From: Nitrospinales bacterium | GTDB lineage: Bacteria > Nitrospinota > Nitrospinia > Nitrospinales > VA-1 | NCBI GenBank assembly: GCA_965223795.1 | Contig: CBDCXL010000002.1 | Location: forward strand, 2,400,001-2,464,000 | Length of the DNA stretch: 64,000 bases | Reading direction: 5' to 3' | Position numbers and translations under genes: made by a program | Notes under the pieces: model-generated | Database searches by the model: none | What the model saw: the letters and a program-made list of their open reading frames with translations, nothing else | Told to the model about the DNA's origin: nothing | Shown: positions 28,724-38,804 of the stretch, piece after piece | Position numbering within the stretch: position 1 is the stretch's first letter | Layout of the letters: every line of letters starts with the position of its first letter

Positions 28724-31318
28724 TTACAGCTTGGGATCCACGACTTCGATGCGGTTTTCTTTTTTCAATTTACGCACCGGTATGTCCGCAATGGGAATCC
28801 CTGTTTGTTCACAAGTGAAAAGAGTCTGGGGATCGCCATTGAGTTTCACGCTGCGTTCCCGGCTCTTCCTGGTTTTTTTGTAATCGATGCGGATCTTTTT
28901 TTTGTGAAAGCCGGCCTCAAACCGGAACCTTGTGAGCGGGCTCAACGGATCGGGCTGGATCCTGAGCCGGCCGAATTCGGACCGGAACCCGAACACGTAA
29001 GCGATCAGGATCTTTAGCAGCACGTTGGAGCTTCCGGTCTGCCAGTCGTTCATCGACTCGCCGTCGAGCCCTTTGTCCGGGTTGTGCAGATAGGAATTGG
29101 GCATCACGAAGGGAGTCAGGTTGTAGTTTTCGTGGATGGCGGTGAACGGCAGCAGCTTTTGCAGCTGGGCCCAGGCGCGCTGCGATTCGCCGACGGCGAA
29201 CAGGGACGCGATCCCGAACAGCGTCGCGTGGTTGTAGGTGGCGCCGTTTTCCGCCGTGCCCGGCGGCAGCTTGGGGATGCGGCCGAACCACTTCTCGGTG
29301 CCGCGGGCGAACGCGGGATGAAAGGTCCTGAGGCCGTATTTGTCGTCCAGCGTGTCGTACGCACCGAGGATGGACGCGGTCAGGTCGAGCCCGTTTTTCT
29401 CTTTCGCGTCTTTGTGCAGGCCGCTCAAAATCCAGTAGGCGTGGCTGGTGAGACTCAGCCGGGAAGCGCCGTCCGGGTCGTTAAATCCGCCCACTGTGTA
29501 TTTTGCGTCGTCGCCGAATCCGTGCGCGATGCGTTGCTCTCCCTTCGATCTTAAGACCGCGTTCTGGGTCAGACCGGCATAGAGCTTTCGCTGCGCCGTG
29601 CGCCAGCGGCGGATCTCGCCTGAGTGCTTCTTCTCCAGTTTCAAGTGGGACAACAGCGCGAGCATGTCGGTGCAGTTTTTGTAAAGCTGCAGGCTTCCCA
29701 TCACCGTGGTGCCGGTTCCGAATTGCCTGTCCTTTTTTTGCGTGAGGCCCAATCCGTCGAGCGCGTCATTCCAGTCTCCGTACAGCGCCTTGAGCAGGTT
29801 CGTTTTGGCATCGATGTTCCGGATCAGGTAACGCAGGATGCGGAACAGATGTTCGAGCACCGTGTCCTTGAGCGCGGTGGGGCGGATTGCGCCGATGAAC
29901 GGGTTGTCCTCGACGATGTCGTGATAGCCCGCCTTGCGCGATAAAAAAGTGCGGTCGCCGGTGACCTTGACGTATTCCACCACAGTCTGGATCACCCACA
30001 GGCCCTGGTCGATGAACTCGCGCGTGTCGGCGATGCCGCTTCCGGGCAGATACTGCCTCAGGCAGCGGCCGCTGGGGACGGTGCGTTCCAGGGCTTCGAG
30101 GATTTTGGCGCGCGCCGCTGCGGGAGCGAAATAGAGATAGGCTTCCAGCGCCTGAAACACGTCGCGGATGCCGACCAGCGAGCGCGGCGCCACCTGCATG
30201 TATCCCTTGAGCTCCGAGCAGACCGTCACCTGCTGCTGCACGTTGATCAGAAACGGAAAGAAATCCCGGTCCCTGATTTCGCTGCGCACAGGATCGAACG
30301 CGCCGTCCATGCGCAGCGATTTGAGCCGTTCTTTGTGGCAACGGGCCGCCCGGTTCACGATGCGGTCGGTGTAGGCGGGCCGCACCGGACTGGAGAAGTC
30401 CGGTTTGTGCGCGCCGCGCGTGCGTTGATAGAGGTAGTCCGCACGCAGTGCGGCGCCGTTTGCGTACTCGAAAAACAGGGCATTGGCGAACACGCCGCGG
30501 TCGTTGAACACGGTTTCCGTGCGCTGCACGGGAAAATGCAGCCGTTCGAAGGCTTCGGCGCGGTTGAGGTTGCGGTTGCCGCCGCCGACGAACTCTTGCC
30601 TCGATGTGGTGGTTTCGTAACCTGTGATGCGGACTTGAGTTGAATGGATGCAGCTTCCGCGCAGCGCCGCATGGTGGGTGCGGGATGTGAGCCGGTCGGG
30701 ATCGTCGTGCACGGTGAATGTGCCGGGATAAAACTGCCAGCCGTTTTTTCCATACGCACGCCGCCGGGACCGGGTTTTTGCCGTGAGGAACCAGCGGTCC
30801 TCGTCGCTTTGGCCCAGGCCGGATTTTTCGTGCGGGGCGAAATAACTGAGCAGGCGGCACTGGCTGCGGGCTTTTTTCAGTGTGAGAAACAGGGAGAAGA
30901 GAAGTTCGTTTTCGGGGCTTGCGGTGACCCGGACGACGCTTACAATGTCCTGCCAACGGGTGATGTAATAGGTCGCATGCGCGGTGAACACGGTGGCGCG
31001 GCGGGCGTTCGCGGAAAGATGCGGCACGGGCAAAAGCGGGAGCACCGTTTTGCCGGTGCTGAGAAAAAACGCGATGGCCGGCTCCTCGCCTTCTTTGGTG
31101 ACCGGGAACAGCTGATGCAGACCGTCGGAAGCGTACAGGTAGCCATCCGCCTGGCACCACAGGGTGAATCCGTTGCTGCCGTAGACGAAACGGCCCTGGG
31201 GAGAATCGCCCTGGGTGACGCCGCCGCCTCCGGGGAGGAACGCATAGCCGCGCCGGCCGGGCCTGTGGATTTCGGAGGCCTGAACGGCGGACCGGACATC
31301 TTTGGGAAGCAAGGGCAT
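28724..31318 (-). CDS. GH94-like glycoside phosphorylase
   Basis: GIRDVFQ, GDWNDALDG, GTAENGATYNHA, WQTGSS. Confidence 0.85.
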   Translation of the reverse strand: MPLLPKDVRSAVQASEIHRPGRRGYAFLPGGGGVTQGDSPQGRFVYGSNGFTLWCQADGYLYASDGLHQLFPVTKEGEEPAIAFFLSTGKTVLPLLPVPHLSANARRATVFTAHATYYITRWQDIVSVVRVTASPENELLFSLFLTLKKARSQCRLLSYFAPHEKSGLGQSDEDRWFLTAKTRSRRRAYGKNGWQFYPGTFTVHDDPDRLTSRTHHAALRGSCIHSTQVRITGYETTTSRQEFVGGGNRNLNRAEAFERLHFPVQRTETVFNDRGVFANALFFEYANGAALRADYLYQRTRGAHKPDFSSPVRPAYTDRIVNRAARCHKERLKSLRMDGAFDPVRSEIRDRDFFPFLINVQQQVTVCSELKGYMQVAPRSLVGIRDVFQALEAYLYFAPAAARAKILEALERTVPSGRCLRQYLPGSGIADTREFIDQGLWVIQTVVEYVKVTGDRTFLSRKAGYHDIVEDNPFIGAIRPTALKDTVLEHLFRILRYLIRNIDAKTNLLKALYGDWNDALDGLGLTQKKDRQFGTGTTVMGSLQLYKNCTDMLALLSHLKLEKKHSGEIRRWRTAQRKLYAGLTQNAVLRSKGEQRIAHGFGDDAKYTVGGFNDPDGASRLSLTSHAYWILSGLHKDAKEKNGLDLTASILGAYDTLDDKYGLRTFHPAFARGTEKWFGRIPKLPPGTAENGATYNHATLFGIASLFAVGESQRAWAQLQKLLPFTAIHENYNLTPFVMPNSYLHNPDKGLDGESMNDWQTGSSNVLLKILIAYVFGFRSEFGRLRIQPDPLSPLTRFRFEAGFHKKKIRIDYKKTRKSRERSVKLNGDPQTLFTCEQTGIPIADIPVRKLKKENRIEVVDPKL

Positions 31319-31662
31319 GTTCGCTCCCTACGGATTGCATGACAGCGAGGCCGTGGAAGGGGCCCCTCAGTTTTGTGAAATAAAATTTACCGGGTTGATT
31401 TATATCTATAATATCACTATTTTCAATAATTTATGATAAATTCCTGTTGTTTTCAGGAGCCTTAGCCTAGGGGTGGGGTCCGGAAAAAAACGCAGGGCGT
31501 GACCGGGAAGGGCTGAAAAAACGGCGCTTTATATCTAAATAGTTGTTTTTAAATGGTTTTATCGCTATTCTGGGGGTTCGGCACCCTATGGCACGGGGTT
31601 TCCGGATACCGAACGGATTCCGGGGGCCCTCGGTCCAACCCATCTAACGTTGAGGATTCGAC

Positions 31663-32352
31663 ATGCGTGAAGGCAATCCCAGGGTCAAGACGCTGGCGCC
31701 GCACGGCAGGGTCAAGGCCCTGGTGGTGGACGATGAGGAAATGAACCGGGTTCTTTTGACCGACGCCCTGGAGGCCATCGGCGTTGAGGTGCGGCAGGCG
31801 GCGAACGGCAAGCAGGCGATGGAGCAGATCGGCCGCGAGGAACCGGACATCGTCTTCCTGGACATGCGAATGCCTGTCATGGACGGCATGGAAACGCTGC
31901 ACAACATCAATGAACGTTACGGCTACCGTCATTTCCACATCATCGGCACCTCCGCCTCGGATTCTCCGCTGCAGCAAAACGAGTTTCTCCAGACCGGATG
32001 CATTTCCCTGATGTCCAAGCCGTTCCGCCTGAATCAGGTTTTCGACTGCATCGGGCAGCTTCCGGGCGTGGAATTAGAGTACCAAGACGAAGCGGCGGAG
32101 ATCGGTTCAACGGATGGCGCCATCGATTACGCTTCGATCCGGGTTCCCGCCGAGCAGTTTCTTGCCGTCAAAGATGCGGTGGAACAGGCCGACGCTTCCG
32201 GAGTGGCGACCCTGCTCAGCAGTCTGCAGCTCGAAGGCGATGTCGAGGATCGGCTGGCCGCGCAGCTTGCGGCATTGAGCCGTGAGAACAATCTGGAACC
32301 GATTCTCACGACGCTGGAAAAATGTCTCATCGCGGGAATCGGCCACGATTGA
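31663..32352 (+). CDS. Response regulator receiver + helical C-terminal extension
   Basis: ALVVDD, DIVFLDMRMPVMDG, SKPF. Confidence 0.85.
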   Translation: MREGNPRVKTLAPHGRVKALVVDDEEMNRVLLTDALEAIGVEVRQAANGKQAMEQIGREEPDIVFLDMRMPVMDGMETLHNINERYGYRHFHIIGTSASDSPLQQNEFLQTGCISLMSKPFRLNQVFDCIGQLPGVELEYQDEAAEIGSTDGAIDYASIRVPAEQFLAVKDAVEQADASGVATLLSSLQLEGDVEDRLAAQLAALSRENNLEPILTTLEKCLIAGIGHD

Positions 32353-32898
32353 TACGTTCCCGGTTTTAGGCCGGACCCAGCCCGGGTTCTCGCTCTCCTG
32401 CCTGCATCGTTTTCGTCGTTTCCCTTTCGTTCCCCGGTATTTGTTGCCCCTTCCTGCAACCGGCTTTATCCGTATGTCGAACTTATCCTAATGAAGAGAA
32501 GTTGAAAGGTTTCTCCACTAGCCAGCCGGTTTTGCCCGCTGCAGTTTGCATTCGAATTCAAAATTTGCATTCAGTTTCGTCCGCGGTTTCTAAAATCAAG
32601 GGTGCCAATATGGGCTCATTTCTGTTAAGAGATTGAAAGGAGGACTCTTGCAATGTCCGGGGCAGGCAGATGCACGCATGCGTCGAACAAAGTATTACAA
32701 AAAATGGCGGGTTCGAATGATTTTTTATGCTGATAAATCCTATAATGATTAAAAAATCAAATGAATATTTGTCACCGGAGCCTTTTCCTTGCGTTTTATG
32801 TGATTGAAGAACCCAACTGAAAAAAATAATAAAAGGATTCAGTTTGGCTGCATTGATCATTCAACCATGAACGAATCGGTGCAGCCTTTTTTTGTCAT

Positions 32899-33522
32899 TT
32901 GAAAAAACCAGTCTGGTTGTCCGTGTTTTCCTCCAAGCATACATTCCCTTTATCTTCTCTCTTCTGTGGGATGGTGCTTTTTCTCCATGTACTGCTCGTC
33001 CAGGTTTCCTTTTTCAACCCCGCTGCCGGAACGACGCATGCGGAAACGCGCGAATACGTTCTCAAAGCCGGTTTTATTTACAATTTCACGAAATTCATCG
33101 ACTGGCCTATTGTGACTCAGGCCGAAATCGAGACTTCGGGATACCGGTTTTGTGTCGCGGGAAAGAATCCCTTTGGCGCCATCCTGGAACGGCTGGCGGA
33201 AAAATTCAAATCGAAAAACCAGGAATTGATCGTCCGGCGCGATGTTTCTGTTGCGGAAGTCTCCCGCTGCCACATTCTGTTTATCGCAAACACGGAACAA
33301 TCGCGAGTCGATGCTTACCTCGCTCGTGTCGATGGCAACCCCGTCCTTGTGGTCGGGGACACGCCGGGGTTTGCGGAAAAAGGGGTGGGGATCAATTTTT
33401 ATATACGTGAGAACAAGATCCGTTTCGAAATCAATCGGGACGCCGTCGAAGGAGCCGGTTTGCAGGTGAGCTCCGAGCTCCTGAATCTGGCGAAAATCGT
33501 ATCGGGGAGGAAAAGGCGATGA
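32899..33522 (+). CDS. YfiR-family (DUF4154) periplasmic protein; start may be 32971
   Basis: EYVLKAGFIYNFTKFIDWP, FCVAG, CHILFI, IRFEIN, SSELLNLA. Confidence 0.92.
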   Translation: MKKPVWLSVFSSKHTFPLSSLFCGMVLFLHVLLVQVSFFNPAAGTTHAETREYVLKAGFIYNFTKFIDWPIVTQAEIETSGYRFCVAGKNPFGAILERLAEKFKSKNQELIVRRDVSVAEVSRCHILFIANTEQSRVDAYLARVDGNPVLVVGDTPGFAEKGVGINFYIRENKIRFEINRDAVEGAGLQVSSELLNLAKIVSGRKRR

Positions 33523-35360
33523 CCTCGATCCGGAATCTCCCCATTCAAAAGAAACTGATCCTCATTGTGCTGGTGATCACCGTGCCCGCTCTGCTTCTTT
33601 TCAGCGGGATTCTCATATTCAACGATCTCAATAGTTATAAGAAAGAGATGGTGCGAAACCTGACGGTTCTTGCCAGCGCGGTGGGGGCGAACAGCAGGGC
33701 GGCTCTGGTGTTCCGCGATGAGACTGCGGCAAGGAATATCCTGTCGTCGCTGAAAAGCGAACTGCAGATCGATTCCGCGGCGCTTTACGATGCCGGCGAC
33801 GCAAAATTTGCGGTGTTCGTGCCGGCTGAAACGGCGCCGTTCGTTCCTCCGACCCAATTGACGCATGGAAAATTTGTTTATGCGGACCGCATCGAGATCA
33901 TTCTGGAAATTTCCCTGGATGGCGAGAAAGTGGGCAAAATCTATCTGCGCGCGCATCTGAAAGAATTCGAAATTCGTGCGCGAAACTACATTGTTTTCAC
34001 GATTCTGATTCTGTTTGCGATCCTTGCGGTGGCGTTTTCGGCGGCCCTGAAATTGCAAAATATCATTTCGAAGCCCATATTGGCTTTGGCAAAGACCGCG
34101 ACGGATATTTCCATGACTTCGAACTATACCCAGCGCGTGTCGCATCAAAGCGATGATGAAATCGGGACGCTCTACTCGGGTTTCAATGAAATGTTGTCGC
34201 AGATCGAGAAAAGGGAAAACGAGCTGGCAACGTACCGGGACCACCTGGAAGAAAAAATCGTGGAATGCAACCTCGCGGGAAAGGAACTGAAGAAAAGGGA
34301 AGAATCGATTCGCACCATTTTGGACAATGCATTCGACGCCATCATCACGATGGATGCGAAAGGAAAGGTCCTCACCTGGAATCAGAGAGCGGCTTCCATA
34401 TTCGGCTGGCATGCGAACGAAGTGATCGGAAAAAAACTCGCGGATCTGATCATTCCATCGCAGTACAAGTCATCCCATGAGAGCGGGCTCAACCGGTTTC
34501 TCAAAACCGGGGAGCATGAGATCCTGGATAAGCAGATCCAGTTGACGGCCCTTCACAAAGACGGGCGGACGTTTCCGGTTGAAATCGCCGTCTCGGCGAC
34601 GCAAAGGGACAACACGTATACGTTCACGGGCATCGTCCGCGACATCACTCAGCGCAAACAGGCGGAAGGTCAGTTGTTCTCTTCGCGCGAACAGCTGCGA
34701 AACCTGAGCAACCGCCTGCAATTGGCGCGGGAGGAAGAAAAAACCCGGATCGCCCGCGAGATCCACGATGAACTGGGACAGGCGCTGACCATGCTGAAAC
34801 TGGACCTGAGCTGGATGGAAAAGAAACTTTCCAGAAAGGATGCGCCTGTGATCGAAAAGTCGCGGTCGATGATGCATCTCATCGAGGACACGATTCAAAT
34901 CGTGCAGCGGATAGCCAGTGAGCTGCGTCCTCAAATGCTCGACATCCTGGGGCTTTGCGAAACGCTGAAATGGCAGACCAAAGAATTCCAGAAACGAACG
35001 GGCATCCCGTGTGAGCTCAATATCGAGCCGGAACAAATCCCGGTCGATCCCGAACGGTCCACGGCGCTGTTCCGGATTTACCAGGAAGCTCTGGTCAATG
35101 TGGTCCGGCATGCCCGGGCGGACAGGGTGGAGACGGTTTTCAAGAAAGAACATGGAAATCTGGTTCTGGAAGTGAAGGATGACGGCGTGGGCATGGATGC
35201 GGATCTTGTGGAAAATCCGAAGTCGCTGGGGCTCATCGGCATTCGGGAACGGATTCTGGTCTGGCGCGGGGAAATGCAGTTGAAAAGTGAATTGGGGAAA
35301 GGCACCGCTCTCAAAATTACCATTCCGGTGGGTGAGGAGACTCCCAATGAAAAAAAATAA
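33519..35360 (+). CDS. Sensor histidine kinase (YfiN-like periplasmic domain, HAMP, PAS, HisKA_3, HATPase)
   Basis: AALVFRD, DDEIGTLYSGFNEML, PAS, IAREIHDELGQ, QEALVNVVRHA. Confidence 0.93.
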   Translation: MTSIRNLPIQKKLILIVLVITVPALLLFSGILIFNDLNSYKKEMVRNLTVLASAVGANSRAALVFRDETAARNILSSLKSELQIDSAALYDAGDAKFAVFVPAETAPFVPPTQLTHGKFVYADRIEIILEISLDGEKVGKIYLRAHLKEFEIRARNYIVFTILILFAILAVAFSAALKLQNIISKPILALAKTATDISMTSNYTQRVSHQSDDEIGTLYSGFNEMLSQIEKRENELATYRDHLEEKIVECNLAGKELKKREESIRTILDNAFDAIITMDAKGKVLTWNQRAASIFGWHANEVIGKKLADLIIPSQYKSSHESGLNRFLKTGEHEILDKQIQLTALHKDGRTFPVEIAVSATQRDNTYTFTGIVRDITQRKQAEGQLFSSREQLRNLSNRLQLAREEEKTRIAREIHDELGQALTMLKLDLSWMEKKLSRKDAPVIEKSRSMMHLIEDTIQIVQRIASELRPQMLDILGLCETLKWQTKEFQKRTGIPCELNIEPEQIPVDPERSTALFRIYQEALVNVVRHARADRVETVFKKEHGNLVLEVKDDGVGMDADLVENPKSLGLIGIRERILVWRGEMQLKSELGKGTALKITIPVGEETPNEKK

Positions 35361-35991
35361 AATCAGAGTGATTATTGCGGACGATCACGCATTTTTACGC
35401 AGAGGGCTGAGGCAGATCATTTCCGAAACGTCCGACATCGCTGTTGTCGCGGAAGCGGAGAACGGGAACGAATTGCTGGAAAAGATCCGAAAAACCGATC
35501 TGGATGTCGTGGTCATGGACGTCGGCATGCCGGAAAAAAGCGGATGGGATGTGATGATTCAACTGAAAGCAGAATATCCGAAACTGCCGGTGATCATTTT
35601 GAGCGTTTTTCCCGAGGAAGATTACGCAACCAAATTTTTCAAGGCCGGCGCATCGAGTTATTTGAGCAAAACCAGCGCTCCCGATCTGCTGGTGGAAGCG
35701 ATTCGCAAGGTGGCAAGAGGCGGAAAGTTCATCAGCCCAAGCCTTGCCGAGCAAATCGCCTTTGAGCTTGGCAAAGACTCCAGCCGCAAACCGCATCAAT
35801 CCCTGTCCCCGCGTGAATTCCAGATCTTCACGCTGATCGCTTCCGGAAAAACCGTGAAGGAAATCGCTCGCGACCTTTCTTTGAGCGTTCCCACCATCAG
35901 CACGCACCGGGCCCGGATAATGGAAAAAATGGATATGAAAACCAACGCGCAATTGATCCATTACGCATTCAAAAACAATCTTGTTGAATGA
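35347..35991 (+). CDS. NarL/LuxR-family DNA-binding response regulator
   Basis: IADDH, MDVGMP, LSPREFQI, STHRARIMEKM. Confidence 0.94.
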   Translation: MKKNKIRVIIADDHAFLRRGLRQIISETSDIAVVAEAENGNELLEKIRKTDLDVVVMDVGMPEKSGWDVMIQLKAEYPKLPVIILSVFPEEDYATKFFKAGASSYLSKTSAPDLLVEAIRKVARGGKFISPSLAEQIAFELGKDSSRKPHQSLSPREFQIFTLIASGKTVKEIARDLSLSVPTISTHRARIMEKMDMKTNAQLIHYAFKNNLVE

Positions 35992-36411
35992 ATCCGGGAT
36001 TTTGTTAATCCCGGCTTGCTGCCGCAACGCCTCACCCGCCCGCATTCTGATTTTATCTTATGTCATTCAAACAATGACGCTTTTTTCGCTTCCGATTGAT
36101 AGGGGAAACATGGTTCCGTCTATACCCTCTTTTTTAAAAAAGGGTTAGTTTATCACCATCCCGAATGGAGAGATGAATGTCTTATCTATGAATCCATTCG
36201 CAAACAGGGGGACAGGCTATGAACATGGAATCGGTTTTCGTCATCGGCATCCCAGTGGTTTATTTCGTGGTTTGCCTTTTGGTCTTTTGGACTCGATGGT
36301 GAAACTTATAACAATGAGTTCAAATCATGCTCCAGGGATTTCGGTTTCATCGGTCTTCATGGAATGCAGGAATGAATCAGACCGTTGTGAGGCAGATCGG
36401 ATATCACTGAG

Positions 36412-36717
36412 ATGAATGAAATGCGAGACCTGGAATGGGAGAGAGTTTTGTCAGGGGGGACGACGCTTTCCCATTCCGGGTTCTCTTTCCATACAGAGCG
36501 AACGGTGCAAGCGGGCGACGCGTTTCACCACGGGTGTTCTCTCCTCATCAATGAAAGGGAGTGCCTCCGAAAACCCGTTCAGGCCAGGAACGGGGAACTA
36601 TGCCTATCACTTCAGGCCCATGAAATCTTCATTGAAGGGAGAGGCGCCCGTGGTGAAATGGACTGTGCCAAAATAATACAGATGTGCAATGATTTGAAAA
36701 AGAGAGTTGAGAGATAA
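36412..36717 (+). CDS. Hypothetical protein
   Basis: 101-aa ORF directly upstream of a receiver gene; no motif recognised. Confidence 0.35.
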   Translation: MNEMRDLEWERVLSGGTTLSHSGFSFHTERTVQAGDAFHHGCSLLINERECLRKPVQARNGELCLSLQAHEIFIEGRGARGEMDCAKIIQMCNDLKKRVER

Positions 36718-36769
36718 TTGCAGGCCATTAAGATCCAAGGATCGTATTGCAGAAAGGAAGGGGAACATC

Positions 36770-37165
36770 ATGCGTCGAAGTAAGATTCTGGTGATCGATG
36801 ATGAAGAGGATGTGCGTGACATCCTTCAGCATCATCTTAAAAAAGAAAACTATCCGGTGTTGGCCGCGGAAAACGGCGAGGAAGCCATCGCTCTGCTGCG
36901 GCAAGAACACAATCGAGAAAATATAGGTTTGATCTTTTGCGACATCCGCATGCCCAAAGTGAACGGCATCGAGTGCATCGATTTTCTGAATAAGGTATTT
37001 CCTGAGATTCCGGTGGTGGTGCTGACAGGTTATCCGGACATGGAGCTTGCGGAATCTCTGCTGAACAAGGGAGTGAAGGAATATCTGGTGAAACCGGTGG
37101 AAAGAAATATCCTGATCCGAACAACCGGGGAGCTGGTTGAAGCGGGGAGAGAAACCCCCATCTAA
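36770..37165 (+). CDS. Single-domain response regulator
   Basis: ILVIDDE, CDIRMPKVNG, VLTG, YLVKPV. Confidence 0.9.
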   Translation: MRRSKILVIDDEEDVRDILQHHLKKENYPVLAAENGEEAIALLRQEHNRENIGLIFCDIRMPKVNGIECIDFLNKVFPEIPVVVLTGYPDMELAESLLNKGVKEYLVKPVERNILIRTTGELVEAGRETPI

Positions 37166-37346
37166 TTGGTTTTACCATGTCGGGATATCAGCGCCTGTAA
37201 ATGAGAGGAAATGGAATAAAGCTGCGTCCGGGTTTAAGGCGAAACGAATGACACGCTTTATATTTCCTGTTCAGGTATAAAAATCCATTAAGCACCAGGA
37301 TCCAGTCTGCAACGGTATTTTGTCAATCAGACCGTAGGAAAAAATT

Positions 37347-37880
37347 GTGGACATTTGTATAGATCACAACATCCACGCCCACAACATCCATGTCCACAAC
37401 GCCAGACCTTGTTGTGCCTGCGTGCATGATTCAGCGGATTCCCTGCAAATCCGCGGTATCGGCACACAACTTTCGCAGCAACATGTTCATCGGATATTTC
37501 TGGCTCTGGGTTTTAATGCGACGGTCCCTGTTTATCATGGAGTTGTGGGCAGTGCGGCGGCCTACATCACAGACTCAAAAAGCTACATAGTCTACAATCG
37601 ATTTTTTTTCAATCGCTGGCATCCGATCCATCCTGAAATTCCGGTTACATATTTTGCCCATGAGGTCGGTCACATCGTCGGCCGGCAACAAAACGTCTCC
37701 GACTCCCATGTTCGGGAGCTGGAAGCGGACACCATCGCGGGATGGGTCATGAGGAGACTGGGAGCCACTGCGGAACAAACAGTTTTACGGTTCGATCTGT
37801 TTCCGGACAACGGGTCGGAAAGGTATCCCGACAGCATAACGCGCAGAAAGGCGACCCTTGAAGGATACTATTCCGCATAA
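37347..37880 (+). CDS. Putative zinc metallopeptidase (M48-like HExxH) with His/Cys-rich N-terminus
   Basis: FAHEVGH, ELEADTIAG, LGAT. Confidence 0.7.
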   Translation: MDICIDHNIHAHNIHVHNARPCCACVHDSADSLQIRGIGTQLSQQHVHRIFLALGFNATVPVYHGVVGSAAAYITDSKSYIVYNRFFFNRWHPIHPEIPVTYFAHEVGHIVGRQQNVSDSHVRELEADTIAGWVMRRLGATAEQTVLRFDLFPDNGSERYPDSITRRKATLEGYYSA

Positions 37881-38006
37881 GGCGGGATTTTTTCTCACAA
37901 GCGGATCTATCGATCGATCATCGGTACCGCTTTATACATTGTTTGCTCACAAGCTTATTTTTATGAGTATTTATCAACTGATGGAGCGGCTCGGGGAGGG
38001 CTCATT

Positions 38007-38234
38007 ATGAATGTTGACGAACTTCGAAAAGCCTTGCATCAATTCCAAACGGATCTGGATTTTCAAAAGAAGGTCAGTGAAGATCCCACAAAACTAGTTG
38101 AAAATGTACCTGAAGAGCAGGCTAGGCTGATTGCGCCCATCGACAGGTTCTACGGCTATTTTTATAGACAGAGAAGCAATAATCTAGGTGGAAATGCTTC
38201 TTTTGGAGGACCGCCGTTCTACTGGCCGGGTTGA
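38007..38234 (+). CDS. Small protein resembling a leader-peptide RiPP precursor
   Basis: RBS GGGGAGG; DLDFQKKVSEDP leader-like segment; LGG followed by NASFGGPPFYWPG. Confidence 0.55.
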   Translation: MNVDELRKALHQFQTDLDFQKKVSEDPTKLVENVPEEQARLIAPIDRFYGYFYRQRSNNLGGNASFGGPPFYWPG

Positions 38235-38285
38235 TCCTGAGACTTGGTTATTAGATTGATGAAAGCAAAATCCAACTGAGAAAAA

Positions 38286-38316
38286 AGGGCACCTCTATCG
38301 TTTTTTGAGGTGCCCT
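38286..38316. terminator. Hairpin downstream of the 38007 ORF
   Basis: AGGGCACCTC / GAGGTGCCCT 10-bp stem preceded by an A-run. Confidence 0.5.
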
Positions 38317-38804
38317 GCCATTTTGCTGCATAGGGACTGATTCGAAGCTCACGGCTGTGCCGTGAATGCATTGCCTGAAAAGGCAAGACCATGATGGATT
38401 TCGTATTCCGATTCCCATTCCCATTCCCATTCCTCAAATGGCCTGCGTTTCCTTAGATCGGATTCCCGAAACTTTGACAGGACTCCTCTCAAGTCATGAA
38501 TGGATTTACCGCCACGGATCAAACTCAAATACTTCGGCGCTTGAAACGTTCTGTTAAAGTATGAAACACGAAGACAGGTGCTTAGAGGCATAACAATTTG
38601 AGAATGAAACGAGTGGAACTTTGAATTCGGAAATATAATCCCAAGCGCAGCCATCAGCGGTGCATTTAGAAAAATATCGATCTGGGAATATGGCGAAAAT
38701 AATAAATAAATTTCTATCAATATGTTGAAATATTGTCTATATGGTCATACAATTTCCTCGCATAAAAACCCCCCGAATACAAACGAACGATTGCTGGGAA
38801 CGTC

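Noticed and set aside
31589..31605. TGGCACGGGGTTTCC as a sigma-54 promoter
   Set aside because: Lacks the -12 GC at the required spacing.
38404..38434. (ATTCCC)n hexamer tandem repeat
   Set aside because: Only about 4 units and not in a credible gene; too weak to call phase variation.
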